Shown here piece by piece: positions 28,786 through 38,978 of a stretch of 64,000 nt of DNA. Location: positions 317,315-381,314 of the forward strand of contig CAYFMS010000001.1 in assembly GCA_964344415.1 (NCBI GenBank). Reading direction: 5' to 3'. Under the pieces are notes generated by a model. The model did no database searches, was not told where the DNA came from, and was given only the letters and a program-made list of their open reading frames with translations. This DNA comes from an uncultured Gammaproteobacteria bacterium (GTDB lineage Bacteria > Patescibacteriota > Patescibacteriia > UBA9934). Made by a program: the position numbers and the translations under genes. Within the stretch, counting starts at the first letter, position 1. Each line of letters starts with the position of its first letter.

Positions 28786-29379
28786 ATGAGTATTACAGCA
28801 GCAGATGTTGCAAAATTACGAAAAATGACCGGCGTCGGAATGATGGAAGCAAAAAGAGCTTTGACCGAGGCTGGCGGAGATACAGATAAGGCAATCGAGG
28901 AGCTTCGCAAGCGAGGAGCGGCGAAAGCTGCAAAGAAAGCGGACCGTGAAACAGCTGAAGGACGTGTTCATTGTTATACGCATTCAACTGGAAAGATCGG
29001 TGTAGCAGTGGAAATACAGTGTGAAACAGACTTCGTTGCTCGAAATGAAGCATTCGTAGAATTCTGTAATGACATTGCAATGCATATCGCTGCAATGAGT
29101 CCACTCTATCTTTCAAGCGAAGAGGTTCCTGAAGATGTAATCGCAAAGGAAAAGGATATTGTGAAAGAGCAGCTTTTGAATGAAGGAAAGCCTGAAGAAA
29201 TGCTCGAGAAGATTCTGGAAGGAAAAATAAAGAAATACTTTGAGGAAGTATGTCTTCTCAATCAGAAATTCATCAAGAATGAAGACCTAAGTATTGAAGA
29301 ATTTGTTCAAGAAAAGGTATTGAATCTTGGAGAGAATTTGAAAATCAGTCGTTTCGTTCGATTCGAAATTGGTGCATAA
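28786..29379 (+). CDS. tsf: Elongation factor Ts (short form)
   Basis: AADVAKLRKMTGVGMMEAKRALTEAGGD (UBA-like N-terminus). Confidence 0.9.
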   Translation: MSITAADVAKLRKMTGVGMMEAKRALTEAGGDTDKAIEELRKRGAAKAAKKADRETAEGRVHCYTHSTGKIGVAVEIQCETDFVARNEAFVEFCNDIAMHIAAMSPLYLSSEEVPEDVIAKEKDIVKEQLLNEGKPEEMLEKILEGKIKKYFEEVCLLNQKFIKNEDLSIEEFVQEKVLNLGENLKISRFVRFEIGA

Positions 29380-29388
29380 AACACAAGC

Positions 29389-29425
29389 CCCGCGATGCGG
29401 GGTTTTGTGTTTGGTGTATAATGTC
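29389..29425 (+). terminator. Rho-independent terminator after tsf
   Basis: aaaacacaagccccgcg-atg-cggggttttgtgttt. Confidence 0.7.
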
Positions 29426-29447
29426 TGCATAATACTAAACTCACTGT

Positions 29448-30449
29448 ATGGCGAGGATAGCAATTAATGGTTTTGGGCGTATTGGGCGGCAAATGCTCAA
29501 GGCGGCTTGGAATAAGCGAGGATTCAATATCGTTGCGATTAATGATTTAGGTGATGCTGAGTCATTGGCGTATTTACTTAAATATGACTCAAATTATGGT
29601 ATTTGGGACAAAGAGGTATCATTCGGTCCGAATTACATCATGATTGATCGTAAAAAAATACCTGTTCTGAATGAGAGTGACCCTGCACAGCTTCCATGGA
29701 AGAAGCATCGTGTTGACGTTGTTGTTGAGGCAACAGGCAGGTTTACCGATGAAGAAGCGGCAAGTCTGCATCTAAATGCCGGCGCGAAGCGTGTTGTTAT
29801 TTCTGCTCCTGGAAAGGGCGATATCCCTACATTCGTTCTTGGCGTAAATCAGAATGAGATGGATGGAAAAAAGCAGAAAGTGGTGAGTAATGCATCATGT
29901 ACAACAAATTGCACATCTCCGGTCATGAAAATTCTGAATGATACATTCGGGGTCGAGAAAGCTATGCTTTCAACGGTGCATGGATACACAGCAGCGCAGA
30001 ATTTAGTAGATGGTCCGCATAGAAAGGACCCAAGACGCGGTCGCGCGGCTGCCGAAAATATGATTCCAACGACAACAGGAGCGGCGAAAGCGACGGTGAA
30101 GACGCTCCCTGATCTTGAGGGGCGATTCGACGGGATAGCAATTCGAGTCCCTGTGCCGACCGTATCTCTTTCGGATATGACGGTGCTCTTGAAAAAAGAT
30201 GTCACGGTCGACGAAGTTAATGCAGCATTCAAGAAAGCAGTTTCATCTAGATGGTATAAGGGGATTGTTGCTGTGACGGATGAACCTCTTGTGTCATCTG
30301 ATTTTGTTGGTAGCCCTTACTCGGCAACTGTCGACTTGCAAATGACACGGGTTGTTAATGGTAATCTGGTCAAAATTGTCGCTTGGTATGACAATGAGTG
30401 GGGTTATGCTAATCGGCTCGCTGAATTTATAATTAATCATGTTAAATAG
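29448..30449 (+). CDS. gap: Glyceraldehyde-3-phosphate dehydrogenase (type I)
   Basis: INGFGRIGR and the active-site SNASCTTNC. Confidence 0.95.
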   Translation: MARIAINGFGRIGRQMLKAAWNKRGFNIVAINDLGDAESLAYLLKYDSNYGIWDKEVSFGPNYIMIDRKKIPVLNESDPAQLPWKKHRVDVVVEATGRFTDEEAASLHLNAGAKRVVISAPGKGDIPTFVLGVNQNEMDGKKQKVVSNASCTTNCTSPVMKILNDTFGVEKAMLSTVHGYTAAQNLVDGPHRKDPRRGRAAAENMIPTTTGAAKATVKTLPDLEGRFDGIAIRVPVPTVSLSDMTVLLKKDVTVDEVNAAFKKAVSSRWYKGIVAVTDEPLVSSDFVGSPYSATVDLQMTRVVNGNLVKIVAWYDNEWGYANRLAEFIINHVK

Positions 30450-30945
30450 TATGAAACAGAGAACATTATTTACATATTTATCTTCAGAAACGAATCAAAA
30501 GTGCTTCTCAATCACCCTCGTCGTACTCCGCGTTGTACTTGGTGTTCAGCTGCTTCTTGCCGGTATCGCTAAATTCGGTGATTGGTCGGCAGCAGGCTAT
30601 TTGAATGGTGCATCTGGTCCATTCGCTGGATTCTTTCAGTCGCTTGCGGGGAGTCCATTCGTTGATGCATTAAATGCATGGGGGTTGGTTTTGATTGGAT
30701 TGGCGCTTATTTTGGGATTAATGGTACGACCAGCTTCATTCTTCGGCGCTATTCTCATGCTTCTCTATTATTTTGCCCATTTCGAGCAGAATACCGCGCA
30801 TGGATTCATTGATTCACATATCATCTATATCATTGTATTTGTTCTCTTTATGTCGGGTGGTGTAGGTCATGTATTTGGGTTAGATAGCTTGGCTCGGCCT
30901 CGTATGAAAAAGAACAGTACGCTCGGCAATATCCTTTTTGGATAG
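30439..30945 (+). CDS. DoxX-family membrane protein
   Basis: LRVVLGVQLLLAGIAKF and four TM segments. Confidence 0.6.
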   Translation: MLNSMKQRTLFTYLSSETNQKCFSITLVVLRVVLGVQLLLAGIAKFGDWSAAGYLNGASGPFAGFFQSLAGSPFVDALNAWGLVLIGLALILGLMVRPASFFGAILMLLYYFAHFEQNTAHGFIDSHIIYIIVFVLFMSGGVGHVFGLDSLARPRMKKNSTLGNILFG

Positions 30946-32167
30946 TATGGCGAAGCAGCGCGTTGTTATTCTTGGTGGTGGTTTTGCTGGGCTCGGCACG
31001 GCATTACATCTGGCGAGACATGCACGCGGCATATTCGATATTGTCCTTGTTGATCGAGAAGAGCAGCACTTGTACACGCCTTGGCTCTACAAATTACCTT
31101 CGGATGTTTTTTTGGGTCGCGAGCATCAAAAGCATCGTGACTGTCATTTTTGTTTTTCTGAGCTCACCGAAAGATATGCTGATATTCGATTCAGACAAGC
31201 AGAAGTTGTGGGGCATAATAAATCAGATAAGCATATTCTCTTGAAAGATGGTCATACACTTGCATATGATTATTTGGTTGTCGCCATTGGTTCGGTAACA
31301 AATTTTTACGGTATTCAAGGGGCTAAGGAATATTCAGCATCGCTCAAGACAGTTGATTCCGTAAAGCATGTTGCAGATCTTTTTTCTGATTTTGCACAGG
31401 GAATATCAAAAACAAAAAAACAAATTGTCATTGTTGGTGGTGGTGCGACGGGTACTGAATCGGCTCTTGAAATTGGATATATCTCAAAGAGATTGGGATT
31501 ACAAGACAATATTTCGGTACACATTGTTGATGCAAGGCCAAGTCTCCTAGGTGCATTTTCAAAATTTGTTCAAAAAAGCGCAAAAAGACGGGCACGAAAA
31601 CTTGGCATACATGTACATGCTAGCGCTATCGCTACCGAGGTGTTGGAGCGGAAAATTGATCTGAAATATAAGGATGGTGATAAAGAGAGCCTAGCGTACG
31701 ATTTATTATTTTGGTCTGCAGGATGCAAACCTAGTCCGGTGCTTTCGCAAATGAAATTGCCCATAGATGAGCGAGGCCGCATTCTTGTTGATGGTAGCTT
31801 GGCGGTTCAGGGTGAGGAGTGTATTTTTGCGCTCGGAGATTCAAGTGCATTCTTTGATCATTACAATGACAATATGCTTCCTCCAGCAGCATGGGTTGCT
31901 GTTGATCATGCATCTATTGCAGCTAGAAATATCATAGGGCATCATCGCGGTCATACGATGACGAAATATAAACCCCCACGCATGTACCCTGGAGTTATTT
32001 CTCTTGGTGGTCCGCATGCTGTTGGCGGTGCGGCTGGGATTGAGGTATCGGGTCTATTTGGTTATTTGATAAAAACAGCAATCGATTTACGCTACTTTTT
32101 GTCGATCATGCCATTTTTTAAGGCATGGGGATCTTGGTTTTCAAAGAGAAAAACATGTGATGTATGA
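30938..32167 (+). CDS. NAD(P)H/FAD-dependent pyridine nucleotide-disulfide oxidoreductase (NDH-2-like)
   Basis: Two Rossmann GxGxxG motifs (VVILGGGFAGLG, IVIVGGGATGTE) and IFALGDSS. Confidence 0.75.
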   Translation: MDSMAKQRVVILGGGFAGLGTALHLARHARGIFDIVLVDREEQHLYTPWLYKLPSDVFLGREHQKHRDCHFCFSELTERYADIRFRQAEVVGHNKSDKHILLKDGHTLAYDYLVVAIGSVTNFYGIQGAKEYSASLKTVDSVKHVADLFSDFAQGISKTKKQIVIVGGGATGTESALEIGYISKRLGLQDNISVHIVDARPSLLGAFSKFVQKSAKRRARKLGIHVHASAIATEVLERKIDLKYKDGDKESLAYDLLFWSAGCKPSPVLSQMKLPIDERGRILVDGSLAVQGEECIFALGDSSAFFDHYNDNMLPPAAWVAVDHASIAARNIIGHHRGHTMTKYKPPRMYPGVISLGGPHAVGGAAGIEVSGLFGYLIKTAIDLRYFLSIMPFFKAWGSWFSKRKTCDV

Positions 32168-33291
32168 AATTACGAACATATAAAAAGAAAGATATACAGT
32201 CAAAGCGTGTTCTGCTTCGTGTTGATCTGAATATTTCCCAAGGCGTCGATGCTGGACATTATCGCTTTGAGCGTGCCATGCCTCAAATTCGAAAATTATT
32301 AGAAATGGAGGCTGAGAAAATTGTACTTTTAACGCATATCGGTCGTCCAAAAGGAAAAGAGAGGCATTTGAGTACTCAAAAATTGGTGCAGGAACTTGCT
32401 GAGGCGATTGGTCAGGATGTCGTTTTTGCGTCAACGATTGCGAAAGCAGAGAAGTCTGATTCGCGTATTGTGCTTCTTGAGAATACGCGTTTTTTTCCTG
32501 GCGAGATAAAAAATGGTCGGCGATTCGCAAGACAATTGGCCTCGCTTGGCGATGTTTATGTTAATAATGCATTTGGTGTTTGTCATCGCAAGCATGCTTC
32601 TATACATCGAATTACATCATTCATTCCATCTTTTGCAGGAGATCTGATTACTGAGGAGGTTAAAGAATTGTCACGCGCGCTCAAAAAACCACTCATTCTT
32701 ATTGTGGGCGGCATAAAAATAGCGACAAAAATCCCACTTATCAAGAAACTTGCAGGTCGCTCAAGGGCGGTTTTGCTTGGGAGCGGCATGGTACATGTTC
32801 ACCGCGCAATGCGTTTACAGGGTCGAAGCAGTGGTATGCAAATTCGTCTTCGCGATCGACTAGCGATGCATAAACTCATTAAGAAATTTGAAAATAAGAT
32901 TATTCTTCCAGATGATGTACGCGTGCATAATCGTGAAGATGAATCTGATGTGCAAATTCGTACATTTGATCAAATTCAGCCAGATGATGCGATTATTGAT
33001 ATTGGTCCTCAGGCGGAATTGTCTTTTGCAAAAAAAATTGAAGGCGCAAAAACGGTTATATTTAATGGTCCGATGGGTATTGTAGAGGATGCAGATGGTC
33101 GAGAGGGTACGGATAGTATTGTTGATATGATTTCGCGTTCAAAAGCTCGAGTGATTGTTGGCGGTGGCGACACAGTTGATTATGTGCTTCACAATACGGA
33201 TGCAAAGATTGATTTTGTTTCAACAGGTGGCGGGGCTATGCTTGCTTTTTTGTCTGATTCTGCAATGCCTGGCCTTGAGGTGTTACAATAG
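32164..33291 (+). CDS. pgk: Phosphoglycerate kinase
   Basis: RVLLRVDLN, IVGGGDTV and STGGGAMLAFL. Confidence 0.9.
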   Translation: MKLRTYKKKDIQSKRVLLRVDLNISQGVDAGHYRFERAMPQIRKLLEMEAEKIVLLTHIGRPKGKERHLSTQKLVQELAEAIGQDVVFASTIAKAEKSDSRIVLLENTRFFPGEIKNGRRFARQLASLGDVYVNNAFGVCHRKHASIHRITSFIPSFAGDLITEEVKELSRALKKPLILIVGGIKIATKIPLIKKLAGRSRAVLLGSGMVHVHRAMRLQGRSSGMQIRLRDRLAMHKLIKKFENKIILPDDVRVHNREDESDVQIRTFDQIQPDDAIIDIGPQAELSFAKKIEGAKTVIFNGPMGIVEDADGREGTDSIVDMISRSKARVIVGGGDTVDYVLHNTDAKIDFVSTGGGAMLAFLSDSAMPGLEVLQ

Positions 33292-33308
33292 ACATGTATT
33301 AGGGAGGT

Positions 33309-34571
33309 ATGAATGAAAAAATACATAGAATAGATGCACGCGAAATTCTGGATTCGAGAGGGAATCCCACACTTTATGTTACGGCTGTTCTGAAAGATGG
33401 AACTCAGGGAAGTGCATCTGTTCCATCTGGCGCGTCAACGGGTATTCATGAAGCGCTCGAATTACGTGACGGAGATAAGCGAAGATATCGTGGAAAGGGG
33501 GTTTTAAAGGCGGTAAAGAATATTGAGCAGAAGATTAGCCCGCATATTCGAGGCATGAATGCATTTGATCAACAGGGAATAGATAATGCTATTCGATTGC
33601 TTGATGGTACGCGTAATAAGCATCGCCTTGGGGCAAATGCGATTCTTGGTGCTTCTCTTGCAATTTTGCATGCATCGGCTAAACGGGCGAGTATGCCGCT
33701 TTATGTTTATATGCGTCATGCTTTTGCTCTGAAGGATGACCGTTATCTTCTCCCAACGCCACTGATGAATGTGTTAAATGGTGGCGCACATGCGGATAGT
33801 AATTTAGATATGCAGGAATTCATCATCATCCCGCATGCATTCCGCAGCTTTTCTCGGAAATTGCAGGCTGGCACTGAAGTGTTTCATGCACTTCGAGATA
33901 TTTTACTTCGCGCTAAGAAGGATACGGATGTTGGTAATGAAGGTGGATATGCGCCGAATCTTGGAAAGACAGAGGATGCTCTTGCATTTTTAAAAAAGGC
34001 GGTGATGAAGGCAAAATACAAGGTGGGCGGCCAAATATCTTTTGGTATTGATATCGCTGCAAGCGAATTTTTTAATCCAAAGATTGATAAATATATTTTG
34101 AAGACGGATCGACGAAAAATGTCTGCAGGTCAGATGATTGATTTGATTGAAGCATGGTCTAAAAAGTATCCATTAATGTCCATCGAAGATCCTCTTGATC
34201 AGGATGCGTGGCCAGATTGGTCGGAGTGTACCAAGAGACTTGGCAAGAAGATGATGATTATCGGCGATGATTTATATGTAACGAATCCTGAGCGCATTCG
34301 ACGTGGAATTGAAGACAAGGCGACAAATGCTGTTCTGATTAAAATGAATCAAATTGGTACTATCTCGGAAACAATGGAGGCTATTCGCATTGCGAAAAAT
34401 GCTGGGCAAAAGATTGTTATTTCTCATCGGTCTGGTGAAACATCGGATACGACAATTGCTGATCTTGCTGTTGCTGTAAATGCGGAGTTTATAAAAACGG
34501 GTGCGCCATCGAGATCTGAACGACTTGTGAAATACAATCGACTTCTCGCCATTGAAGAGGAGCTTTCCTAA
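33309..34571 (+). CDS. eno: Enolase
   Basis: AREILDSRGNPT, SGASTGIHEALELRD and IKMNQIGT. Confidence 0.95.
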   Translation: MNEKIHRIDAREILDSRGNPTLYVTAVLKDGTQGSASVPSGASTGIHEALELRDGDKRRYRGKGVLKAVKNIEQKISPHIRGMNAFDQQGIDNAIRLLDGTRNKHRLGANAILGASLAILHASAKRASMPLYVYMRHAFALKDDRYLLPTPLMNVLNGGAHADSNLDMQEFIIIPHAFRSFSRKLQAGTEVFHALRDILLRAKKDTDVGNEGGYAPNLGKTEDALAFLKKAVMKAKYKVGGQISFGIDIAASEFFNPKIDKYILKTDRRKMSAGQMIDLIEAWSKKYPLMSIEDPLDQDAWPDWSECTKRLGKKMMIIGDDLYVTNPERIRRGIEDKATNAVLIKMNQIGTISETMEAIRIAKNAGQKIVISHRSGETSDTTIADLAVAVNAEFIKTGAPSRSERLVKYNRLLAIEEELS

Positions 34572-34576
34572 TTGAT

Positions 34577-35842
34577 TTACGTTTCGTGATCATAATGCCA
34601 TCCCGACGTTCTTTCTTTGAAATGTGTTTTTAATGTTGCGGCTCGCAGCCAAATGCCAGATCCGTATTTTTTCTGGAGTATATCGAGGGCATGCAAGGTA
34701 TTTTGTGTTTTATTTTGCTTTTCAATGATAGACGGCATGTGAAATGTTGGCATGAGTGCTGATGTGCTAACACCTAAAAGGCGTACGGGTATATTCCTAT
34801 CCCATTTTTTCTTCAGAAGCTGCCATGCATTTCTGAAAATTTCCAGGCCATCATTCATGGGTTCATTATATTTTTTTCCAATGCCACATCCCCCAAAATC
34901 TTTATAGCGTGCATAGACGCTTATATGTGTCGCAAAAAACGATTGTTTACGCAATCTGTTCGCCACTTTGTCGCAAATAGCCAGTAACTGTTTTTTGATA
35001 TCTTTTTCATTGATAAGGTCATGAGGAAATGTATACGAATTTCCTACAGACTTTGGATTTTCTGATTCTGATAATTCATCACTTCCAATTCCTCGCGCGA
35101 CATCATAGAGGAAGAATCCATAACTATTAAATTCACGAACAAGGTGTTCAAGTTTTGCATTCCTAAGTGAGGGGAAATCGGTGATCCCCATCTTATTCAA
35201 ACGCTTTTCTATGCGCGGGCCAATACCACAGACAGCAGCAAGGTCCTGTTTGTCGAGAAAAGAGATAGCATGGTCTGGATGTATGACGGTAAGGCCATTT
35301 GGCTTGCATGATTCTGATGCTAATTTGGCAAGTGTCTTGTTATTTGCGACACCAATAGATACCGTAGCGAAGCTACCGCATTCATTTCGAATGTCTCGTC
35401 TAATTTGCTGCCCTATGAATGTTGCACCAAAATAATCTCTAGCTGCTACGGTAATATCAGCAAAGCCTTCATCGGTACTGAATCGTTCAACCTGACTTGC
35501 GTAACGTTCAAGTATATTCATAAATCGATTCGTGATGTCTCCATATTTTCTTGGGTCACCAGGAATGATAATAAGTTCAGGACACACTTTTTTTGCTTCC
35601 GTGCTGGCCATGGCTGTTTTTACTCCAAGGGCTTTGGCTTCTTTTGATGCCGTTGTCACGACGGTTCTGTAAAGTGATTGTCTGTGAACATCGATACGTG
35701 ATCGATTTTTTCTATAAATATCAATGCTATATTTCCCTTTTCCTGCAACGGCTATGGGTTTATTGCGTAAGAATGGATTTGCTTGTTGTTCAACGGAAGC
35801 AAAATAGGAATTGAAGTCAATATGGAGGATAATCTTTGACAT
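34577..35842 (-). CDS. dinB: DNA polymerase IV (Y-family)
   Basis: ILHIDFNSYFASVEQQ (UmuC palm) and SIGVANNKTLAKLAS. Confidence 0.9.
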   Translation of the reverse strand: MSKIILHIDFNSYFASVEQQANPFLRNKPIAVAGKGKYSIDIYRKNRSRIDVHRQSLYRTVVTTASKEAKALGVKTAMASTEAKKVCPELIIIPGDPRKYGDITNRFMNILERYASQVERFSTDEGFADITVAARDYFGATFIGQQIRRDIRNECGSFATVSIGVANNKTLAKLASESCKPNGLTVIHPDHAISFLDKQDLAAVCGIGPRIEKRLNKMGITDFPSLRNAKLEHLVREFNSYGFFLYDVARGIGSDELSESENPKSVGNSYTFPHDLINEKDIKKQLLAICDKVANRLRKQSFFATHISVYARYKDFGGCGIGKKYNEPMNDGLEIFRNAWQLLKKKWDRNIPVRLLGVSTSALMPTFHMPSIIEKQNKTQNTLHALDILQKKYGSGIWLRAATLKTHFKERTSGWHYDHET

Positions 35843-35874
35843 AATTTTCGGCGAAGATTAGTATTGATTTTATT

Positions 35875-36576
35875 ATGGAAAAAGACATAAAACATATAGC
35901 TTTTATTGCTGATGGGAATAGAAGATGGGCGAGGGAGCGCGGCATTCCTCAGCTTGAGGGACATAGAAAAGGATATGATCTTTTTAAAGATGTCGTTCTT
36001 TGGTGCAAGAATAGAGGGCTTGATGAGGTGTCTATTTGGGCATTTTCGACAGAGAATTGGAAGCGCACAAAAGAGGAGGTTGGGTATTTAATGGATCTGG
36101 CGCTATTTGCTTTGACTGAAGATTTAAAGAGTCTGCATGAAAAGAATGTGCGTATTCGTGTTATCGGACGGAGGCATGATTTGAGCAGAAAATTGCAGGA
36201 TGCAATTATTGCTGCGGAAAAAAAGACAGAAGGGAATACGGGAATTATTATGAATCTCTGTTTTAATTATGGTGGTAGGCCTGAAATAATTGAGGCAGTA
36301 AAATCTTTGATGCAGTCAGAAATTTCTTCAGATGACATTGATGAGGATGTCCTTCGTCGGCATATGTGGACGCGTGAAATGAGAGATCCGGATTTGATTG
36401 TACGTACTTCGGGTGAGCAGAGATTGTCCGGTTACCTTCTTTGGGCGGCCGCTTATAGCGAAATATATTTTTGTGATGCATTTTGGCCAGATTTTTCAGA
36501 GGAGGAATTGGATCAAGCCATTGCGTGGTTTAAAGGACGTGAGCGTCGTTTCGGTGGTGATTCGAAGAAAGGTTAA
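35875..36576 (+). CDS. uppS: Undecaprenyl-diphosphate synthase
   Basis: HIAFIADGNRRWA, LWAFSTENWKR and RTSGEQRLSG. Confidence 0.9.
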   Translation: MEKDIKHIAFIADGNRRWARERGIPQLEGHRKGYDLFKDVVLWCKNRGLDEVSIWAFSTENWKRTKEEVGYLMDLALFALTEDLKSLHEKNVRIRVIGRRHDLSRKLQDAIIAAEKKTEGNTGIIMNLCFNYGGRPEIIEAVKSLMQSEISSDDIDEDVLRRHMWTREMRDPDLIVRTSGEQRLSGYLLWAAAYSEIYFCDAFWPDFSEEELDQAIAWFKGRERRFGGDSKKG

Positions 36577-36818
36577 TCCGTGTAAATTTCAACCAATTTC
36601 CAATCAAGACTTACGGGGTCAAAGCGTAATTTCATAAAATTCACATCATCAGAAACCGAGATATAGACGATATTTCGATCACCTTCTCGGCTTCGATGAA
36701 TGAGATTAACCGAATTTGGTTTATAGATATTTCCATCCCATCGGATAAAGCGCGGCCGAATCTTTTTTTGTTCAAATTCCACTACAACATCCACGGCATC
36801 TTCTAATAGTTGATGCAT
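36573..36818 (-). CDS. Small hypothetical protein downstream of lexA
   Basis: 81-aa ORF, no family recognised. Position within the SOS neighbourhood. Confidence 0.35.
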   Translation of the reverse strand: MHQLLEDAVDVVVEFEQKKIRPRFIRWDGNIYKPNSVNLIHRSREGDRNIVYISVSDDVNFMKLRFDPVSLDWKLVEIYTD

Positions 36819-36819
36819 G

Positions 36820-37053
36820 CTAGGTCGTTTTATTGAAGTGATTTACCGCTGTTTGTAAGTACTGTTTTATTTTTCGGCGGCTTATTTGTGTGCGGAATCG
36901 TTTTTTAAATTCCTGCATTCTGCGATTGCGTACATTTTGCTGATAGGCAAGTGTTGAATGATAGTATTTGATGGTAGCTGTACTCATATACATATGATTA
37001 ATGTGAATAATTTTGGGAGAAAAAAGTGACGCGAAGGGGAGGGATCGCGTCAC
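36820..37053 (-). CDS. Small basic hypothetical ORF (doubtful; its start lies inside a hairpin)
   Basis: ORF track only. Confidence 0.2.
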   Translation of the reverse strand: MTRSLPFASLFSPKIIHINHMYMSTATIKYYHSTLAYQQNVRNRRMQEFKKRFRTQISRRKIKQYLQTAVNHFNKTT

Positions 37054-37185
37054 TTGGTCTCATTGTATTTCGCTTGCCGCGAAAGGCTCTAATGAGAAGC
37101 TGGATCCCGCTAGCTCCTCACCAGAAGAAAGGGGATCAGCTTTCTTCTGATGAGCAAAGGGGTGGGATCCGAATTGTATTATTCT

Positions 37186-37815
37186 TTATATTCTTGAATA
37201 TTTTCGTATAACAGCTCTGACAATTCCTTGAATATTTACATCTCCTTTTACGATAATCGGTTCCATGGTGCTATTTGCTGGCTGGAGTCGAATGAATCCA
37301 GCTTCGCGATAAAAGCGTTTCAGTGTTGCATATGCATTATCGAGAAGTGCGACGACAATATCTCCATTTTTTGGGGAGGGATTTCTTTCTATAACGACAT
37401 AGTCCCCGTTGAAAATGCCATCTTCAATCATGGACCGCCCTCGTACTTGCAGAACATATGAATTGCTTGCACTGACAACAAAGTCGGCTGGAATGGCAAT
37501 GGCTTCATTTTCTTCAATGGCTTCAATAGGTTCTCCCGCTGTAATGAGGCCCGCCAGTGGCAGCATGATGCTCATCGGTGAATGCAGTTCAGCATCAACA
37601 AGTTCTATTGAGCGCGCTTCGCCATCACCGCCCGTTTGTAATACCCCCTTTTCACAAAGTGCCTGAACATGTCCATGAATGGTTGATGGTGAGGATAAAC
37701 CAAGGCCACTCGCAATCTCGCGATAGGAGGGAGTATATCCACATTCACGAATGAAATTCTCAATAAAATCTAGAACTTCCTTCTGTTTTTTTGTTAGGGG
37801 AGGATTATTGTTCAT
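37186..37815 (-). CDS. lexA: LexA repressor
   Basis: N-terminal wHTH, then S24 peptidase with the VRGRSM Ser motif and the Lys of the dyad. Confidence 0.9.
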   Translation of the reverse strand: MNNNPPLTKKQKEVLDFIENFIRECGYTPSYREIASGLGLSSPSTIHGHVQALCEKGVLQTGGDGEARSIELVDAELHSPMSIMLPLAGLITAGEPIEAIEENEAIAIPADFVVSASNSYVLQVRGRSMIEDGIFNGDYVVIERNPSPKNGDIVVALLDNAYATLKRFYREAGFIRLQPANSTMEPIIVKGDVNIQGIVRAVIRKYSRI

Positions 37816-37844
37816 GTTTGTTCGGCTACATCTTTATTATATAA

Positions 37845-37859
37845 GAACAAAAACAGAAC
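37845..37859. promoter_or_regulatory. Candidate LexA operator GAAC-N7-GAAC (equivalent to GTTC-N7-GTTC on the other strand) in the lexA/metK-like divergent region
   Basis: agaacaaaaacagaaca lies 30-44 nt upstream of the lexA start. A second GTTC-N6-GTTC overlaps the lexA start codon (37809-37824). Confidence 0.3.
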
Positions 37860-37921
37860 ACAAGTTTCATTCTGTGGATAACATTTCATTCACGCGGCAT
37901 ACTTTCTTGCGGAAGGAACTT

Positions 37922-38971
37922 ATGTTAAAGTCGAGCCCTAGAACTATGCTGAAAACGACATGCATGCCGCTTGCCGGCCATCCGGATAAAGTGTGCGATC
38001 ACATTGTTGAAACGCTCCTAGATGAGTATTTGAAGCGTGACCAAAAAAGTCGTGTGAATATTCAAGCTCTTGGATCACATGGAATGGTTATGATTGGTGG
38101 TATTGCTGATTCGCGGGCAGATTTTGATGCAGCTGAGATCATTCGTCGTCTTTATAAAGAAATTGGACATGATGATGAAATTGAGCCATTCGTGAATATT
38201 GAGCGCCCAGGGGAAGATATGGCGCGCGTACTCGTAAAGGGTGCGAGTCAAGGAACGGTGATTGTATACGGTTATGCGACGAGTGAGACGCGTGAAATGC
38301 TACCGCGCAGCGTTGTGTATGCACATGATTTAGCTCGGCGTATTGATGATTTGCGTAAAAATGACAGTCAATTTTCTTGGTTAGGAGCTGATGGTTTTGT
38401 GCAGGTGACTATGGATGGCGATAGCCCAAAGCATATTGTTTTGCATGTTCAGCATATGCCAAGCATTGAAACGAGTAATGTGCAGTCCAGCCTTCTTGAG
38501 TCGGCCGTCAATCCTATTTTTGGAAATCATGAGCATGCGAAGATTTATATCAATGCGGCTGGTGAATTTACGCAAGGAGGACTTGCGGCGCATGCGGGTT
38601 CTTCGGGCCGTAAAATCTCATCTAGTTTATATGGTGGATTACTTCCAGCATCTGATGCGAGTTTTTTTGGAAAAGATCCTTGGCATCCAGCAAGATCTGG
38701 AACATATATGGCGCGGCATATTGCCAAGAAACTTACGGCTGACGGTGCAGGAAATGCGCTCGTAAAACTTGTGTATGTTATGGGGCAGCAGGATCCAATT
38801 TTAGTCGAGGCAGTAACGGGCCGAGGTGAAGATATGTCTGAAAAAGTAAAAGCATTTGATTTGCGACCCGAAGCTATTGTTGAACAATTTTCTCTCAATA
38901 AAGCAATGTTCAGGAATTACAGTGCCTATAATATGTTTGCGCGCACCGATGCTCCATGGGAAATGATATAA
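37922..38971 (+). CDS. Divergent S-adenosylmethionine synthetase (MetK) paralog with altered active-site motifs. The start is chosen at MLKSSP, which has a GGAAGG RBS; the ORF track begins at 37751.
   Basis: GHPDKVCDHIVETLLDEY (MetK N-terminal motif) but GASQGT replaces GAGDQG, and SDASFFGKDPWHPARSGTYMARH replaces [22 protein letters not shown]. Confidence 0.65.
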   Translation: MLKSSPRTMLKTTCMPLAGHPDKVCDHIVETLLDEYLKRDQKSRVNIQALGSHGMVMIGGIADSRADFDAAEIIRRLYKEIGHDDEIEPFVNIERPGEDMARVLVKGASQGTVIVYGYATSETREMLPRSVVYAHDLARRIDDLRKNDSQFSWLGADGFVQVTMDGDSPKHIVLHVQHMPSIETSNVQSSLLESAVNPIFGNHEHAKIYINAAGEFTQGGLAAHAGSSGRKISSSLYGGLLPASDASFFGKDPWHPARSGTYMARHIAKKLTADGAGNALVKLVYVMGQQDPILVEAVTGRGEDMSEKVKAFDLRPEAIVEQFSLNKAMFRNYSAYNMFARTDAPWEMI

Positions 38972-38978
38972 TGCGCGC

